Shown one piece after another: positions 35,801 to 49,894 of a DNA stretch of 64,000 nucleotides. The translations under genes and the position numbers were made by a program. This DNA is from Mytilus trossulus (taxonomy: Eukaryota): assembly GCF_036588685.1 (NCBI RefSeq), contig NC_086378.1, positions 65,968,001-66,032,000 of the forward strand, written 5' to 3'. The notes under the pieces were generated by a model, which worked only from the letters and a program-made list of their open reading frames with translations, did no database searches and was not told the origin of the DNA. Position 1 is the first letter of the stretch. Each line of letters starts with the position of its first letter.

Positions 35801-37900
35801 TTATATGCTTTACAAGAAGGTCGAGAACTAATACTCATACTTAAACAATTGAGAGTTCCGGAAGTGTAACGTCTTTCATATAAAAACTAAATATAAATGT
35901 ACAATCATAAATGCAAAACGAAACAAAACTACGATAGGTTGAACGGCATCGTATTATTTATGTACAAGTTGTCCTATGTAAACAAATAACAGATGCAAAA
36001 TTGAAAATAATACAAAATGTTGATTTAGGACAAACTTTGAAGCAGTTTTTTGAGTTGATTAATATAATGTTTCACAAACCACAAAGGTTTCATTTTACAT
36101 TTCTGCAATTATATATGCAGGCTTATATTTTGGGCTTATATGTTGTTGGTATTGGTTCACATAATTCGCTATACGTCATTTGAATTTACCATTTACTTAG
36201 GGAATTTCTGTTTTGAATTTTTCTCGGAGTTCAGTATTTGTTAGTCTTATTCCACGCCAAAACATTTTGATATCAAAGATGATTACTTCACTAAAACAAG
36301 AAGCTTTAACGATGTTTTATAAAATAATTAAAAAAGACAGCAAAAACTCTAATGAATCCTCTGGTGGAAAGCACTAGCTGTTAATAACAAGTCTACGCAT
36401 AGAAAACACGGATCCATACATTTTAGATAGTAAACTAACGCTGAAAGTAAAGTTCTTACAAATAAAAATGTGTATAGCAGATAACGGCAATCGTTTCTTT
36501 CTCATACATGTAAAATTCTCTGAATAACATGAAATGTTTTATTTTCCCTCTTTGTTTAATCTCTAAACCATTTTTGTTTTGCACTTTTTTTGATTTTTTA
36601 GTTAATTTTATTCCCATTTATAGAGTTAAATCATTATATTAAAAAAGAGGCAAATGTAAACGTTAATGAAACAGTAATCAGGTAAAAATTAAAAAAAAAC
36701 GGACAAAAGGAATTAAACATACTATGATCTTAGGATTTATGCGTTCTCATGGGTGTAGTCAAGTTTAACACATTAAATTAGGACGACGGTTTTAAAATTG
36801 AGGTACATTTCCATTTGTTGAAAAGTAATGTTTATTTCATTTCTATATTGCAGATGAAGACACCAGACGACCTTACAGACTTCCTGCTCCACCAGCGTAT
36901 TTACCTCGAAACTATAGTTATCCATCTCATCCCCCACCAGCCTACAAAACACATATATCCCTGCCCGGAGTAACGGAATAGTGGACACAATAACTTATCA
37001 ACACATTTTTGTTGCTATTGACAATTTACAAATACATTTCAATGATGGTAGTACATTCAGTTGAAGCAACGTACTAGTAATTGTACACTCTCTGCATGTT
37101 TTTGTTTTGTTGTTGTTAAAAAATAAAAATAAATGTTTAGACATCAATATACCAAGTCTATGTAAAAACGAATAGCACTACAAAACAAAACACATTAGAT
37201 ACAGTTCATTAACAGAAAAAGACCGTAAGAAGAAAGCCATAAAATATTAATGATTTGTTGATGGCGAAAACATACATGTTCTTACCGTGCTGTTGATGTA
37301 ATGACCACGGACAATTGGCTTTTTTTGTTTTGATTTTAGAAATAAGTAGACAATCATGTTAGCAATTCATTTAGGATCAAATAAAAGAAAATATTTTAAA
37401 AACATAGTTCATCCTAAAATTTAGTTGCGTATGAAATATTTCAACGATTTAATACTTCTTAATATTTTTAAAATTTAATCTCCAGTGAAAAAATATTTAC
37501 ATTGTCATACCCATTATATAACAGGGACAAAAGTTCTTTATCCTTGGAACTGTTTTGCTAGTTTAAAATAATTGAATAAAATGATAACAATGTGTTTCCT
37601 TTATCATATCTCTTCAACGAAGTTGTCAAATGGTATCGGGATGTTAAGCCAATCATATCACAATGACTATTTTTCTATCTGTTTCAACAGTTTTTAAATC
37701 TTCGCAATTAAAATATTCATTTAAAGAATTCAAGTACAAAGTTCTCATAACAGTATAGAAAATAAATGTACTAGTGACTATGAAATCGGTAACTTTCTTT
37801 TTTCTGTCTCTCGCATACAATAACCCTTACGATTTGTTTGTCAACGAGTTGCATAGTAAAAGTAAGATGGCAAACATTCAAACAAAAAGCACATCAGCAT
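29830..37900 (+). repeat. Segmental duplication unit B
   Basis: Colinear with unit A but lacks the TIR element, retrozyme, TTAA MITE, 1.5-kb duplication and YR retrotransposon. Confidence 0.85.
31419..36981 (+). CDS. Paralog B of the small PPAY membrane protein (~121 aa); exon 1 carries a 1-nt homopolymer frameshift (error or recent pseudogene)
   Basis: Exons 31419-31460, 32590-32644, 35585-35724, 36854-36981. As given, exon 1 reads ATG GTA CAT TTT TTT TAG. The other exons are intact with both PPAY motifs, an in-frame 6-nt indel and many synonymous changes. Confidence 0.75.
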
Positions 37901-38026
37901 GGGCTTGTTGGTTGCATTTCAAGACCATTTTGCAAACCGGGCAAGCTCCAATCACGAAGTCAAATATATGGATAATTTGCAAAAAATAACAAAAAAAAAA
38001 CAAAAAAAAGAAACTGATATTTAGTA

Positions 38027-38265
38027 GATAGTTACAAAGGTTCCAGGTTTATAATTTAATACGCCAGACGCGCGTTTCGTCTTCACTAAAACTCATCAGT
38101 GATGCTTAGATAAAAACAGTTAGAAAGTCAAACAAATATAAAATTAAAGATCATTAAGACCAAACATTTTAAAAAGCTGTGCCAAATACGGCTACGGTAA
38201 TCTTTGCCTGGGATAAGAAAATCCTAAGTATTTCGATTAATTCTTACTGTTGCAAACAGTAAACT
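38027..38265 (-). mobile_element. Retrozyme monomer fragment with hammerhead at 38061-38105
   Basis: Minus strand GCATCA-CTGATGA-GTT..GAC-GAAA-CGCGCG-TC-TGGCGT. Flanks are homologous to the 14926-15572 unit. Confidence 0.8.
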
Positions 38266-38503
38266 CTAGACACTGTGTTAACTCTTTCATATACTAAATT
38301 GAGTACAAAACACTATTTCTCCATATGACCTTATTAAACTAACAAGGTTTGTTAAGACTTTGACAAAACACAAAACATATACTTTTAAGTGTAGAATTAA
38401 TACGCAAGTGAGTTTATTAGAAATTTCGTTGAGAAAAGCAAGCCAATCTATATTGTTGGTTAAAACAATTAGCATAGTATTTTTTTCTTTTCTTTATTTT
38501 TAA

Positions 38504-38731
38504 GGTGGAACCTAACACTACAGGGAGATAACTCTGTAAAATCAGCTTAACGTTTTAATTACGTTGTGTTGTTATGGGAATATTAAGCTTCTCAATGATC
38601 AAAACTAATGTTTGTCAAACTGCTGTATAACCGATGTAATTTTTGTCTAATGGTTAATAGTAAATACTTTGTTTTATTTCATGAAAATTAAACGAGCTAA
38701 ATTCTTTTTAGTGAAGGTGTTGGGTACCACC
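38504..38731. mobile_element. TTAA-target MITE (228 bp, Kolobok-type ends)
   Basis: TIRs GGTGGAACCTAACAC / GTGTTGGGTACCACC flanked by TTAA on both sides. Confidence 0.82.
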
Positions 38732-41700
38732 TTAACGAGAGATCGCTTTGAAATTCAATTTTCTAAAGTCTGTGTCTCAAAAAAATATATCATCACGAGT
38801 TTTTGTTTTTTGTAATCTCTAAGACTATATTTCTATTATTCTAATAGCACAAAAATATATTTTAATCAAACAAGTAATCTTCAGTGGATGTCTATAAAGT
38901 TATTGAAGTTATGACATATCATTAATGGACTAATAGGCGAGTGTAACATTTAAAAAAAAACCGTCTAGTTAAAGACTTCATTGCACCCACCTAATATACG
39001 GCTAATTCTTTTAAGATGAAAGAATAATGATTTAACTTTGATTTTTGCCCGGTCGAGACAAAATCGTACGGTGTAGTTTTTTTAAAATTGACGCTTATTT
39101 CAGAAATTACTTGAAAATTAAGACATTTATTCAAGCAAAATAAATTAGTCGTACCTCTTCTTTTAGGCAGATTAATTAAATGAATTAGATTCTTAAAATA
39201 GTGAAAACAATATTTACAACTGTAAGTCCGCATGCTTTTGCATTCCGTCTTAATACTGGACATTATGTACGAAAATTTCATAATTCTGAACTTTTTGGAT
39301 CTACTATTTAATTTCTATTGACAACCGAGATATTTAGAAAGTACAGTTAGCACACATTCTAAGCTTTTCAGTGATATATAATTTAGCCGTATGTTAAATA
39401 GGTGCATTAAAAAGGTAAATGTGTTTCTCATATCACTCGCCTATAATGAATGATCGATTTAGTTTGTACATGTCTCTATTATGCTGTTAATGCAGGTGGT
39501 TAATAAATATTGGATTATCTCCCCTATTCCAATTATAACTCTCATTAAAAAAAATGCAAATCCATTATATGTATGCAAGGTACGTCTATATCCAAATTTG
39601 ATATGATTTAGTCACCTCGTCCTTCTTATATATCATTTAATGTTAATGAAAGGATAGCTATGTCACCATCACATCATGACATTATCAATATACCGGCTAT
39701 ATAGAATAGACCTCTAAGCTATGCACCGCTTAATATGAACAGTAAAAAATGTAAAAAAAATACTATCAGAAATTTCATCATCCTATTTTTCTTGCTTTAT
39801 AATATATGTGCATAAGTTTGTTATCAGTATTTTCCATAGCTTTGATATCAAGTAGTTAAAATGGTAAAATATATTTTTTTTGGCGTATCAATGGTAACCA
39901 TTTGTATATATATTTGCTATCAATATGTGACATATTTCCCAAAATTTGTCCACCAAAAGAAGTTCAACCCTTTGGAGTGATACCTTTTCTGAAACTGCTT
40001 ACATATGTCTTAAAAGAAATATAAAAAATCATATGTTTTTTTTTTAGGTAGAATTGCGTAAAAAACTTTCTTAAGAAAAGAAACAAAGAAGTGAATGTGA
40101 AGATTGCTTTCATATCTGAACCTACGGCAGATCTACCTTTAAAAAAACGGACAATCAATCAGAAAATAGCCCATAAAACATGTAAAAGATACCCTTATTG
40201 CGCTAAAACACACTAGCGAAATCGAGGCATGTAGAGCGTGGTTGAAATTATGTCAACTATTATAGGATAAATTTTTGTTAAACGATTTTATGACGAGAAT
40301 TTCTGGAAAGGTATCAAACGTCATAGGTACCGATGGACAGGACAATTATATTAGGCTTCCCCTTTTTCGTTTTCAATTGAATTTAATAATTTATAGCGTT
40401 TTGCTGTATACAATGACCATTTATATACATATACGACTCATATACGCCCGCCGTTGATAGTAAAATTTGAATTGATAGTCAATAGCAAATACACTTTATT
40501 CATAGTATATTATGTATAATCACAGTATACAGAAAAAGCGAAAATATCTATCCTGTCCCACTACCTATATAAATTATTTGTTATTTAAAAAAATCCTAAA
40601 CGGAAGTATTGTCTATGACTTAAAATAGTCCGCCGATGACTAAATAATATCCGGACAACTTTATTTTCGTTTCCCTCCCAAAATAACAGTTTTCATTAAA
40701 AGCTAGCAGGCAGTTAATATCTTTCATTTGAAACCATTGTCTTGAACTTGTATTTCCCTTGTAGATTGTTTCTACTTTCAGAGAGAGAATTGTAAAATAT
40801 TGTTTATAACTTTTGTTGATATTATAACATATGACTTCGAGTATTTTCCATCTGGCGTACCGTGATTCCAGTCTTTTTTCTGTATTAATACCGACCAAGA
40901 AACAAACTGTTCAATTTATAGTCGGATATATTTTTTCAAAACTAGAGAGAGCAAAAAACAAAGCAAACCATGGCTGAAAATTCTACAAACAAGAATGTGT
41001 CCATAGTACACGAATGCCCCATCCAAACTACTTTGATTCCTGATTGTCATATCACTTTATATTTGTAAAATACATATACAATATTAGGACAATGAAAGAA
41101 AAATATAAACTTTTTTGTATGAGGCTGAGAAACTGTGGAAGAGCGAGGTTCTACCGATCTCTCCCCAGTTTTGCGCCGAGTACAAAAAAGTTTATATTCC
41201 TATGACATTCACATAAAATTGTTTTTATACCGTAACTCAGACTTATTCATTGATAGCTTTTTAAATCGGAACACAAGTGAAAAACTTATTGTGGAGAAAG
41301 AGTTCCACGATGAAATTGACATTATACAAAATATAGCTGTGTTACTATATTTGGAAGAAAAAAACACAACTAGTTGCAGTATAAATCTTTTTACGAATAA
41401 AAAAAGTGGAAGTAATCAATTATGAATAAAATCAAAATGACATGTATATGAGTCGTGTATGTATCATGATTTGTATGTAAACATGTTGACGTAATAGTCC
41501 CTTTTGAGGTGTATATCGTAACTCTTTATTAAACTTGACTTTATCTTTAAATCAATTTAATTTATTCTTGATACATTCAACAACAAAACCTTTTGTCAAA
41601 CTGTAAAATCTGTATTTGCTTTGAATTCATTTCACTTCTATAACATTCAAATGTATAAAGACATGGGTGAGGGTAAAAAGAAATTATAAATTTGTATGTA

Positions 41701-41922
41701 GTTTTGAAAATGAATTCAAAACATACTTCATAAATAGTACAAACTTTTACGGTGTCTTGGAGCACTATATGTTTAACGTTCTCGCTTCGTTTGACCTATT
41801 GTTTTAACTCACGATTATTCTTAGGTAGATTAACCAAACAAAAAGTGTACATACTTTTAAAAGTCGTGTTGGATTTTTTATTTATTTTTTTACAGATTTA
41901 TATTATATAATGGATGCATATT

Positions 41923-44900
41923 ATGACTAATTCATATAGATTCTACAATATTTTGGAAATACTATTTTGTTTTCTCTTGTTATTTACAGGTATGTTTTTA
42001 TCATTTCATTTGTTCATTATAACTTGAAAATGCATTAAAGAAAGCAAAAACAAAATATCAAATTTCATGTCTGCTGTCTGACAAAAAAAAGACAGATACT
42101 AGTATCTTATTGTCGAGGTATTCAACAATGTCTACTGATTTGGAATGAATTTAATTAAGATATATGGTAAAGAATAGTAAATGTATATTTCTTGTCATCA
42201 AATGTGAAGCATATGAAAATAAAGTTCTAATAAGATATTAACAGTACTTGATAACAGATGTTGTCTTGCTGATCCTTTTTATTATAACAGGGGTTTAAGG
42301 TTTCATTGTTAACATGATAATTCGAAGAAAAAATGACTAAAGTCGACAAATAGATTATGCATTGTTTTATAATTATTCCATTGATAAGATATGATCACTA
42401 CACAACAGTAAATGTTATAAGCGCATACCCTTTGGAATGAAGGATGAAATAGAGATATACAATATATTGCATGCTATTTTAAAGGATGCTAATTTAGTTT
42501 ATATAATTAACATGGTACTTAATACGATTCATTCTTACGGAGAACTTTTATAGTTTTAGCTATAGCAGAAATGCTCAAATAAAAAATTGTAATACCATGG
42601 AGAATAAATCTTAAATATTTGGTTTTCTGCCCATTGATATTGTAAAATATACGAAGCGAGCCACAATGTTTTCACATCTTTCAAGTGGATGATATTTTAC
42701 TTGGAACAGACGGTAATTTGTGTGTCGTTCTATTAATGTTTTTTTTACCAGGGCGATAATTGCTTGTAAATACTGTAAACGCCAAGATGTATAACCAAAC
42801 GAGTCCGAAGCAAAATTACCATATATTAATCTCAGGTCTCTATCCACATAGGACTTGGAACTTTATAAACAATTCTTAAATTCAAAGCCCTAAAAGAAAA
42901 AAGAGTATGATGTAAATCGTGCAAGTACAGAAATATGTTCGCCTGCGATAGAATACAACGCGTGTTTGCGGAATATAAAGTATGTGGTATGCTAAATATA
43001 AAAGTCAACCAACATAAGATCTTCCAAAGAAAGAAAATATAAAAAAGTATAAATCTCGTTAGGTAACTATATGCCCCATGGATTTTTTTTAGATAATCAG
43101 ATATGACTCGATTGGTTCATTTGATGATACCAGACTTCTATAAATAGTCTTGAACTTTTCTAATGTCATTACAAAGAGAGCTTCTATAAATATTAAGGTT
43201 CAATATTTAAAAAAAAGCCAACAGTAGTATCCTTATTTTAAGTAACAGGACAAGAGGGTAGGTGGAAACAAAATGTTTGTTTGTGGACAAGTACAAAGCA
43301 CGCGTGAAAACATGGAAAACGCACAAAAGCAGTTTCAGTGGTTATATGGAGATCTAAATTGATAATACGGAGCAGGCTAAATCAACTCCCTCCAACATAT
43401 TCAAAACGAATGCGACTGTATAAATATTTTTAAACACACGAGACTATAACAAATAACAGATGCTGTCTTCAACAATGAAACCTAAAAAGTGACACAGATA
43501 TCAAGAGGGCAATATGTCTGTTCTTTAATATTTTTTAAATTACAATTAATTTTACGTTCATTTCCAAATAAATATTGTAGGTTTTTGCTTCAGTAAAGAA
43601 TGTAGTGGTGCATTAAATGGCCACTATGATACAGAATCATGTGCTGTCGGAGGCTGCTGCATACCAAGTGATGGTACAGGTGACACACGCTGTTGTATAC
43701 CAACATTGACACTTATATTGGTATCTGTCTTTATTGGAGGTACTATCTTTACTATCATAGTGGTCATTTTATGTTGTGTAATATGTCGGTACCGAAAGAA
43801 AAAGAAACTTCGTCAGAGACTAGAGGAAAGGCGTCGTCGTCAGCGGGAGAGAGACCAAGAAAGACAGAGAAGACTTATGATGGATCCGTTTGTGAATGGG
43901 GATCCTTTTCAAGCCACAGGACAAGAAGGTAGGTGATAAAGTTTACCATATTTACATTTGTCAAAAAACGAAGATGTGACTAACAAGGAGACAACTTTAC
44001 AACAGAAACCAAATAATGTTTATGGGTTTGAAATAAAAAAGTTAAAGAAAAAAAAGATGATATAAAAACCAAAGAAACGAAATGTACGCATTGAAAGACA
44101 AAATCAATTTAATCAGAATTGTAAAATTATGTCACACAAAATGATCAAAACATGAATATTCCGTTTTAAAAGAAACTCATTTAGTTCTAATATAAAAGTG
44201 TCTGTCTACTATTTTAAACGTGAGATCGCCGTAAGTTTTTGGTAGGGTTCATGTTGCTCAGTTTGTTGTGTTTGGTATATTGTTTGTCTTTTGGTCGTTT
44301 TAGTGTTTTGCCATTGCATTGCCAGTTCGTTTTCGACTTATAGGTTTGGCATCTCAAATCTCTCTTTGGTTAAAAAGTGTAAGGTATTGATACGATGATC
44401 TTGAATGTTTATTGTACTAGTGTTTAGTTTCCCAAACTATTGATCTCTATATGCCTGACAATGCTTATTCAAGAATCACGAGAACCAAGCACCGAAATCA
44501 GTATCACACTAAACCACATTTGAGAAATAACAAGGCAAATCAACTATCGGGGCACTTGGTTAACGTTTATTTTAATATATTGAATAATGCGTTTGAATGT
44601 CATCAAATATACCAAGTTTATAATGATGTTCACAAGACGTGCGTTTCGTCTACTTATAACTCATCAGATACGCTAGAATAAAAAAGTTTAACGGTCAAGA
44701 AAATTACAAAGTTGAAGAGCATTGATGATATTCCTAAAGGTTTTGCCAAATACAGCCGAGGTAAATCATGAAGGTGATTATGACAAATGATCTCGTGGAC
44801 ATTGGTCGACAATCGACAGGTTCTTATATACGATAACCATAGAACTAAATGTTATACAAAACAAGAAATTAAGTTAATAATGACTTATTTTAATTATTTT

Positions 44901-45883
44901 AAGTTGAAGGTACATCACAGCCGCCACACTACCATGGCCAGGAAACGGATACAAATATACCACAGCAGACACAGCCACATACACAGACACCAACACACGC
45001 TCCAACACAGGGACCTACACAACAAAACAGATATGTTCCACCACCATATCCGAATTCTCCACCACCAGCATATTTCTCAAGAATAGGTACACGTCACGAG
45101 GACAGACAAACAAGTAGGACACGAAATTCTACAATAGAAAGTCGCAGTTCTTTTCATACAGACGACATACAACCGGAAGTGACAATCGTTGAAAGTCCTT
45201 CACCTTCTATTCCACCTCCTGCACCGGCACCAGTTATACAGCAATCTCATTCCAGAAGTAGTAATTCTGTTTCAACAACAAATATAAATGTTCCACTAGG
45301 ATTAGTGGAAATTAACAATGCAAATAATAGGAATAACAGTCGTATTCACAATGAACAACGTATTCTCACGATTCAGGACCTTGAATCAGAAGAAAAAGAA
45401 GATACAATGGGAGAAATTTCAAAACCGGAATCTAGAATGTCAACCAAATTTTCATTTTACCCAAACAATGCAAGTAGACTGTCAGTGCATCCTGAGGAAA
45501 AAAGTCCTTCGATGCAAAACTCAAGGACAAGCACTAAAACGGACAAGGAAAGTCGAACTAAACACGAATCAAGAATGTCAACTATAAGTGATACAAGAAA
45601 TGTGACAAATAAGAATTCCAGAAATTCAATCAAATCCGAAACAAGGAATTCTGTAAACAATGAATCTCGTGTGTCTTCACACATAATGCCTTCAGTATCA
45701 AATAATGAACGAACAAAGATACCGAATGATAATAGAGGTATGTTTATCAAGAGTAGGGTATCAGTGGTTCCTGAGGACTTAGGAAGGGATGACATCACTA
45801 CACGTAACAGTTCACATGGTCGTAGCTATGTCAGATCGGTTGATCCCGACGAACGTGTAGTCAGTAACTTAGATTATGTATAG
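41923..45883 (+). CDS. Shisa-like (six-cysteine C*C*CC*CC) single-pass membrane protein with PY motifs (464 aa, 3 coding exons)
   Basis: Exons 41923-41989, 43581-43928, 44904-45883 (phases 1,1; alternative ATG at 41914). Signal peptide; ectodomain C-x12-C-x4-CC-x10-CC; TM followed by CCVIC and RYRKKKK; PPHY, PPPY and PPAY motifs; ends SNLDYV. Confidence 0.88.
44630..44765 (-). repeat. Degenerate retrozyme fragment with hammerhead core, in intron 2 of the Shisa-like gene
   Basis: Plus strand AGACGTGCGTTTCGTCTACTTATAACTCATCAG followed by AAAGTTGAAGAGCATTGA, as in the retrozyme unit. Confidence 0.65.
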
Positions 45884-47320
45884 AGCTATTTTCATGTCAT
45901 CGATTTAGGTGTAAATAGAAACCGTAAACAATAAGTTAAATTGTACAACCATTTCAGAATTATGTCAATTCTATTCATATTTGAATAGACGAACTAACTC
46001 TGGACACTCCAATGCTGAAATGTTTTTTATGAATCACTATCGACAAATTTCACAGTTTTTGTTATATTTTCAGTATTAGTTAGGATGTATTCACAATTTT
46101 CTTTGGAAGATGTCTGTAAGCAATATATCAGTTGTTTTCCATTAGATTTGTTGATTGATATAGTCTTAAAACAAATTCAGGTTTGATGAACCCGCTGTTT
46201 GAATCTACCTTACTTGATGTTTTGAACATTCATTTATTGAATTCGTGCTTTACGTTTAAAACTACAAAATATCAAACGCAACTTAGTTTGTATTGTTTTT
46301 ACTGTTCATTGTGTCATTTGGAGTGAGGTAAGGGAGGTAAGTCAAAATATTTTGACCTTTAAGTTTGAATAACACAAAACGGAATAGTATGATTGTATGT
46401 CTCCACAATGTTGCATATGACGTGAGATATATAATTTGAACCTTCAATATGGATATTAATATCACACAATACGATATGACGTACATTTTTTTCAATAGTT
46501 TTTAGAATAACATACAGCTTTATTGCCTTACAAGTAACTTAATATTCAAACTACAATAAAGAAGATCATGCAAGACCGTTAATAATGACACAGTTGATCG
46601 CTTCCTTTGAGCCTGTATATAATTAACATAGAACTTTAAAAAAGACATGTTGACTAAATTTAAATCTAATCTGGAAACTTATTTTTTTATTTTTTGTCTG
46701 AAAGGATATTTTTATTAACATACAATACATGCTATATTCGAATATGAAATTAAAGATAAACATCTAAGCCAAATCGTCGACACAAGAAACCTCGAAGATG
46801 TGATCAATTAATAACACTTTAAACGGTCGCTTCAAAAACCAAAATTGAGAGCTTAAGATAAAGACGTTTATCAAAATGTCACATTAATTTTAGTATAGTA
46901 GTTGTTCCCCTTTACCCAACAAGCATAATTGGTTATTTTCAAATAATGGGAATAAATAAACAGTTAATGAAAAAAAAACAAAAAAACTCTTTTATATAGA
47001 GAAAAACTTATTAGTTTGTAAGGATATGAGTCTGACTTTAACCTTTAAGTAAACATGCACACGAAGGATAAGTTGGCATAGTGTAATTGTTGATGAAGTT
47101 TATTGTTTAACGTATTAAACTGTATTTTGTTCTGTTAATTCATTTCTAATAAATTGTTGAATTATTTAAAACGTTCACATTTTTCAATAACCAGGCAGGT
47201 ATATCATTAACGATGTTTGGAACAATTTTTCATACGAAAGCATACTAATTCTTGTATCTTTGATGAGGTTTTACAGTTACAATCTTATTATTAAAACTGT
47301 TCCGGCAACAGTTCTGAGCA

Positions 47321-47545
47321 TGTGGAGCAGGATCTGCTTACCCTTCCGGAGCACCTGAGACTCAGACCTGAGATCAGGTCTAGTTTTTAGTGGGTTTCGT
47401 GTTGTTTATTCTTTAGTTTTCTATGTTGTATCATGTGTACTATTGTTTGTCTGTTTGTCTTTTTCATGTTTAGCCATGGCGTTGTCAGTTTATTTTAGAT
47501 TTATGAGTTTGACTGTCCCATTGGTATCTTTCGTCCCTCTTTTTT
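47321..47545 (+). repeat. Interspersed repeat (TGTGGAGCAGGATCTGCTTACCCTTCCGGAGCACCTGAG family)
   Basis: Related copies at ~49953-50125, ~44230-44370, ~51730-51860 and ~20870-21020 (minus). Confidence 0.7.
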
Positions 47546-49319
47546 TCTGTTTGTTTATCTCCTTTTTGTGGGCCTGCTACCCGAGTATATATATATATTT
47601 CAATTACTCAGTTTTAGGTTCTGAGTGACCCTCACTAAAAATTGAGTTTAGTCTTGAATTGCCATTTTGGTTATAACGTCATCATAAAAAGTAAAATAAC
47701 AAAACATACCGGATAATTTAAATCGAAAAGTTAAATGGCAAACTCAAAAGCTCAAAAACATTAAACGATTGGTAAACAACTGCCATGTTCCTGACTTGGT
47801 ACATACATCTCTAAATGTAGAAGAAGGTGGATTAGACATAGTTTCATAGTAAGCTTAATCTTTCACATTACTTCATCTTACTAGATACTTTAACCCATTT
47901 TGACTCTTACAAAAAACACATGTGAAGTAAGTATACGAGTGCATTCATCCTTGATTTCATACAACTGGGTTGATACCAAAACTAGTGTCTGACAGTTACA
48001 CATTTAGCAAGTATTCTTATGAGGGCATTCGCTCGGTTTTGGCAATGGTCGTGATTTCGTATTTTAATTTTTTCTCAATATTTCTTTTAAAGCTTGAATG
48101 TTTTTTAACACGTTAAAAGTATCTCCCAAGAAAATTTGAGTAAAAGATAAGATGGTTTTGGCTATTCTTTTAGTCCCCTTTTGGTTATTATTGTTTCTTG
48201 TATAATTGTATTGCAAAGTTTGGTGCTTATGTTTTACGATGAAATTTAATTCAGATATGCGTATCAATTCAGTCTTGCATGTTCCTAGCAATTACTTAGG
48301 TAGGCAGTTTGTAATGTCTCCTTTTGCCATCGATTAATAAATATTTTGATAAATACTTGCTTGGTAAATATTGAGGACTTTATAATTAAGTCAAAAGAAG
48401 AGAAGCAACTTATTTATCTTACGCTAATCTAAGATGCTTTCTGCTATGTTTTACGCTGCTTTTATTCTTCTGTACTTACTTGTGTGATTCTACGTCTTTT
48501 GTGTTTCTCCGTGCTTTGATGCTATCAAAACCGTTATGAGATTCCGTGTAACAGGAGTTTCAACAATGAAATTGGTTTATATAAAAAAACAAAACAAAAA
48601 AACAGAAAACACTTTGGCCAAAAAGGAAAACGAAAAAGCTAACATAGCTAACAGTCCACAAAACGTGACAAACAATTGAACATAGTGCGCTACAAATCCA
48701 CTTGTAACTGGTATACGACATTTAATTATGATAAACTCCCAGTATATTCATGTTAAAAAACTACCATTAAAGATATGACAAAAATTGGAACAATTCTAAT
48801 ACATTAAGATCACATGACTAGTATATAAAATTGAGAAGGGAAATGGGGAATGTATATAGAATGACATTCAACCTAACACACTTAGGAAGCAAGAAAAAAC
48901 AATCGATAATATTTCAAACGTTTGTCACAAATGCCAGTGCAAAAAATACGTGTAACTGGCAAAAACATTTAGTACACTGGCTAAAGAACAAGTGTTTAAA
49001 ATATAAAATCACTTTTAATGCATGTCTGTTTAAAAACCAAAAGTATGACGAGATTCATTGTTTTTCAAAACTGAAAATGAATCAATCTTTTAAATAATAT
49101 GTTGATTTCCTTTAATATTAGACACGCAATGGGAAATCATTATGATGTCATATACATGTTGCAATTGCATGTTATCTTTCAAATATTCAGATAAGAATTA
49201 GCAACAGTTTTACACTTTAAGATTTCTTACTTAAATTTACATCTTAGTAAATAAAATTGGAATGGGGTGGGGTTGGGATGGTGTTAAGCTTTGAAAGTTT
49301 ATTATTTGTAAATCATAAG

Positions 49320-49894
49320 AGGAGTGGGTCCGGTAAGAGCCCTTTATGGCCCCAAAATATAGCAGTTTTACAAAATTGATAAAATGTAATCTTTTAGTTA
49401 TTTATTGAACAGTAGAGTGCTTCTGCTACATAAATATGGGCTATTTTTGACTATACAATGAACATATTTCGGGTACTGGCACCTTAAAGTCATGCTAAAT
49501 TACTGAAGTCTTCACAGTTCTAGCATTTTAGTTTTAGACGGTTTTCGTGTAAAACGAAAAGGGCCGCATTCGTGTTCATCCATAATATTGAAATGAAAGT
49601 TGTATTTTATGATAATACATAACATAAAGAAAGGTTGGGGATGAACACGGATGCGGCCACTTTCATTTTTGACAATAAACATCCGAAAAGTGACATTCTT
49701 CGCCATATTTGGTTGATTTTTCATATTTGAGTTTGAATCGGATCATTTTTAATGACTTAATTAGTTCCAATCTTTCACATAAATTAATTGATTCAAATGA
49801 AATAGACACTTAAGTGTTTAAAAAGTGGTCAAAATCATTTGTCAGATGAACCTGAAATTTGAGGCCAAAATCGACCCTTACCGGACCTACTCCT
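49320..49894. mobile_element. MITE (~575 bp) with TIRs AGGAGTGGGTCCGGTAAG / CTTACCGGACCTACTCCT
   Basis: About 18-bp TIR, extended imperfectly to ~40 bp. TTAA-like context only partly preserved. Confidence 0.75.

Noticed and set aside
45318-45798. Overlapping alternative-frame and antisense ORFs
   Set aside because: Shadows of the Shisa-like last exon.
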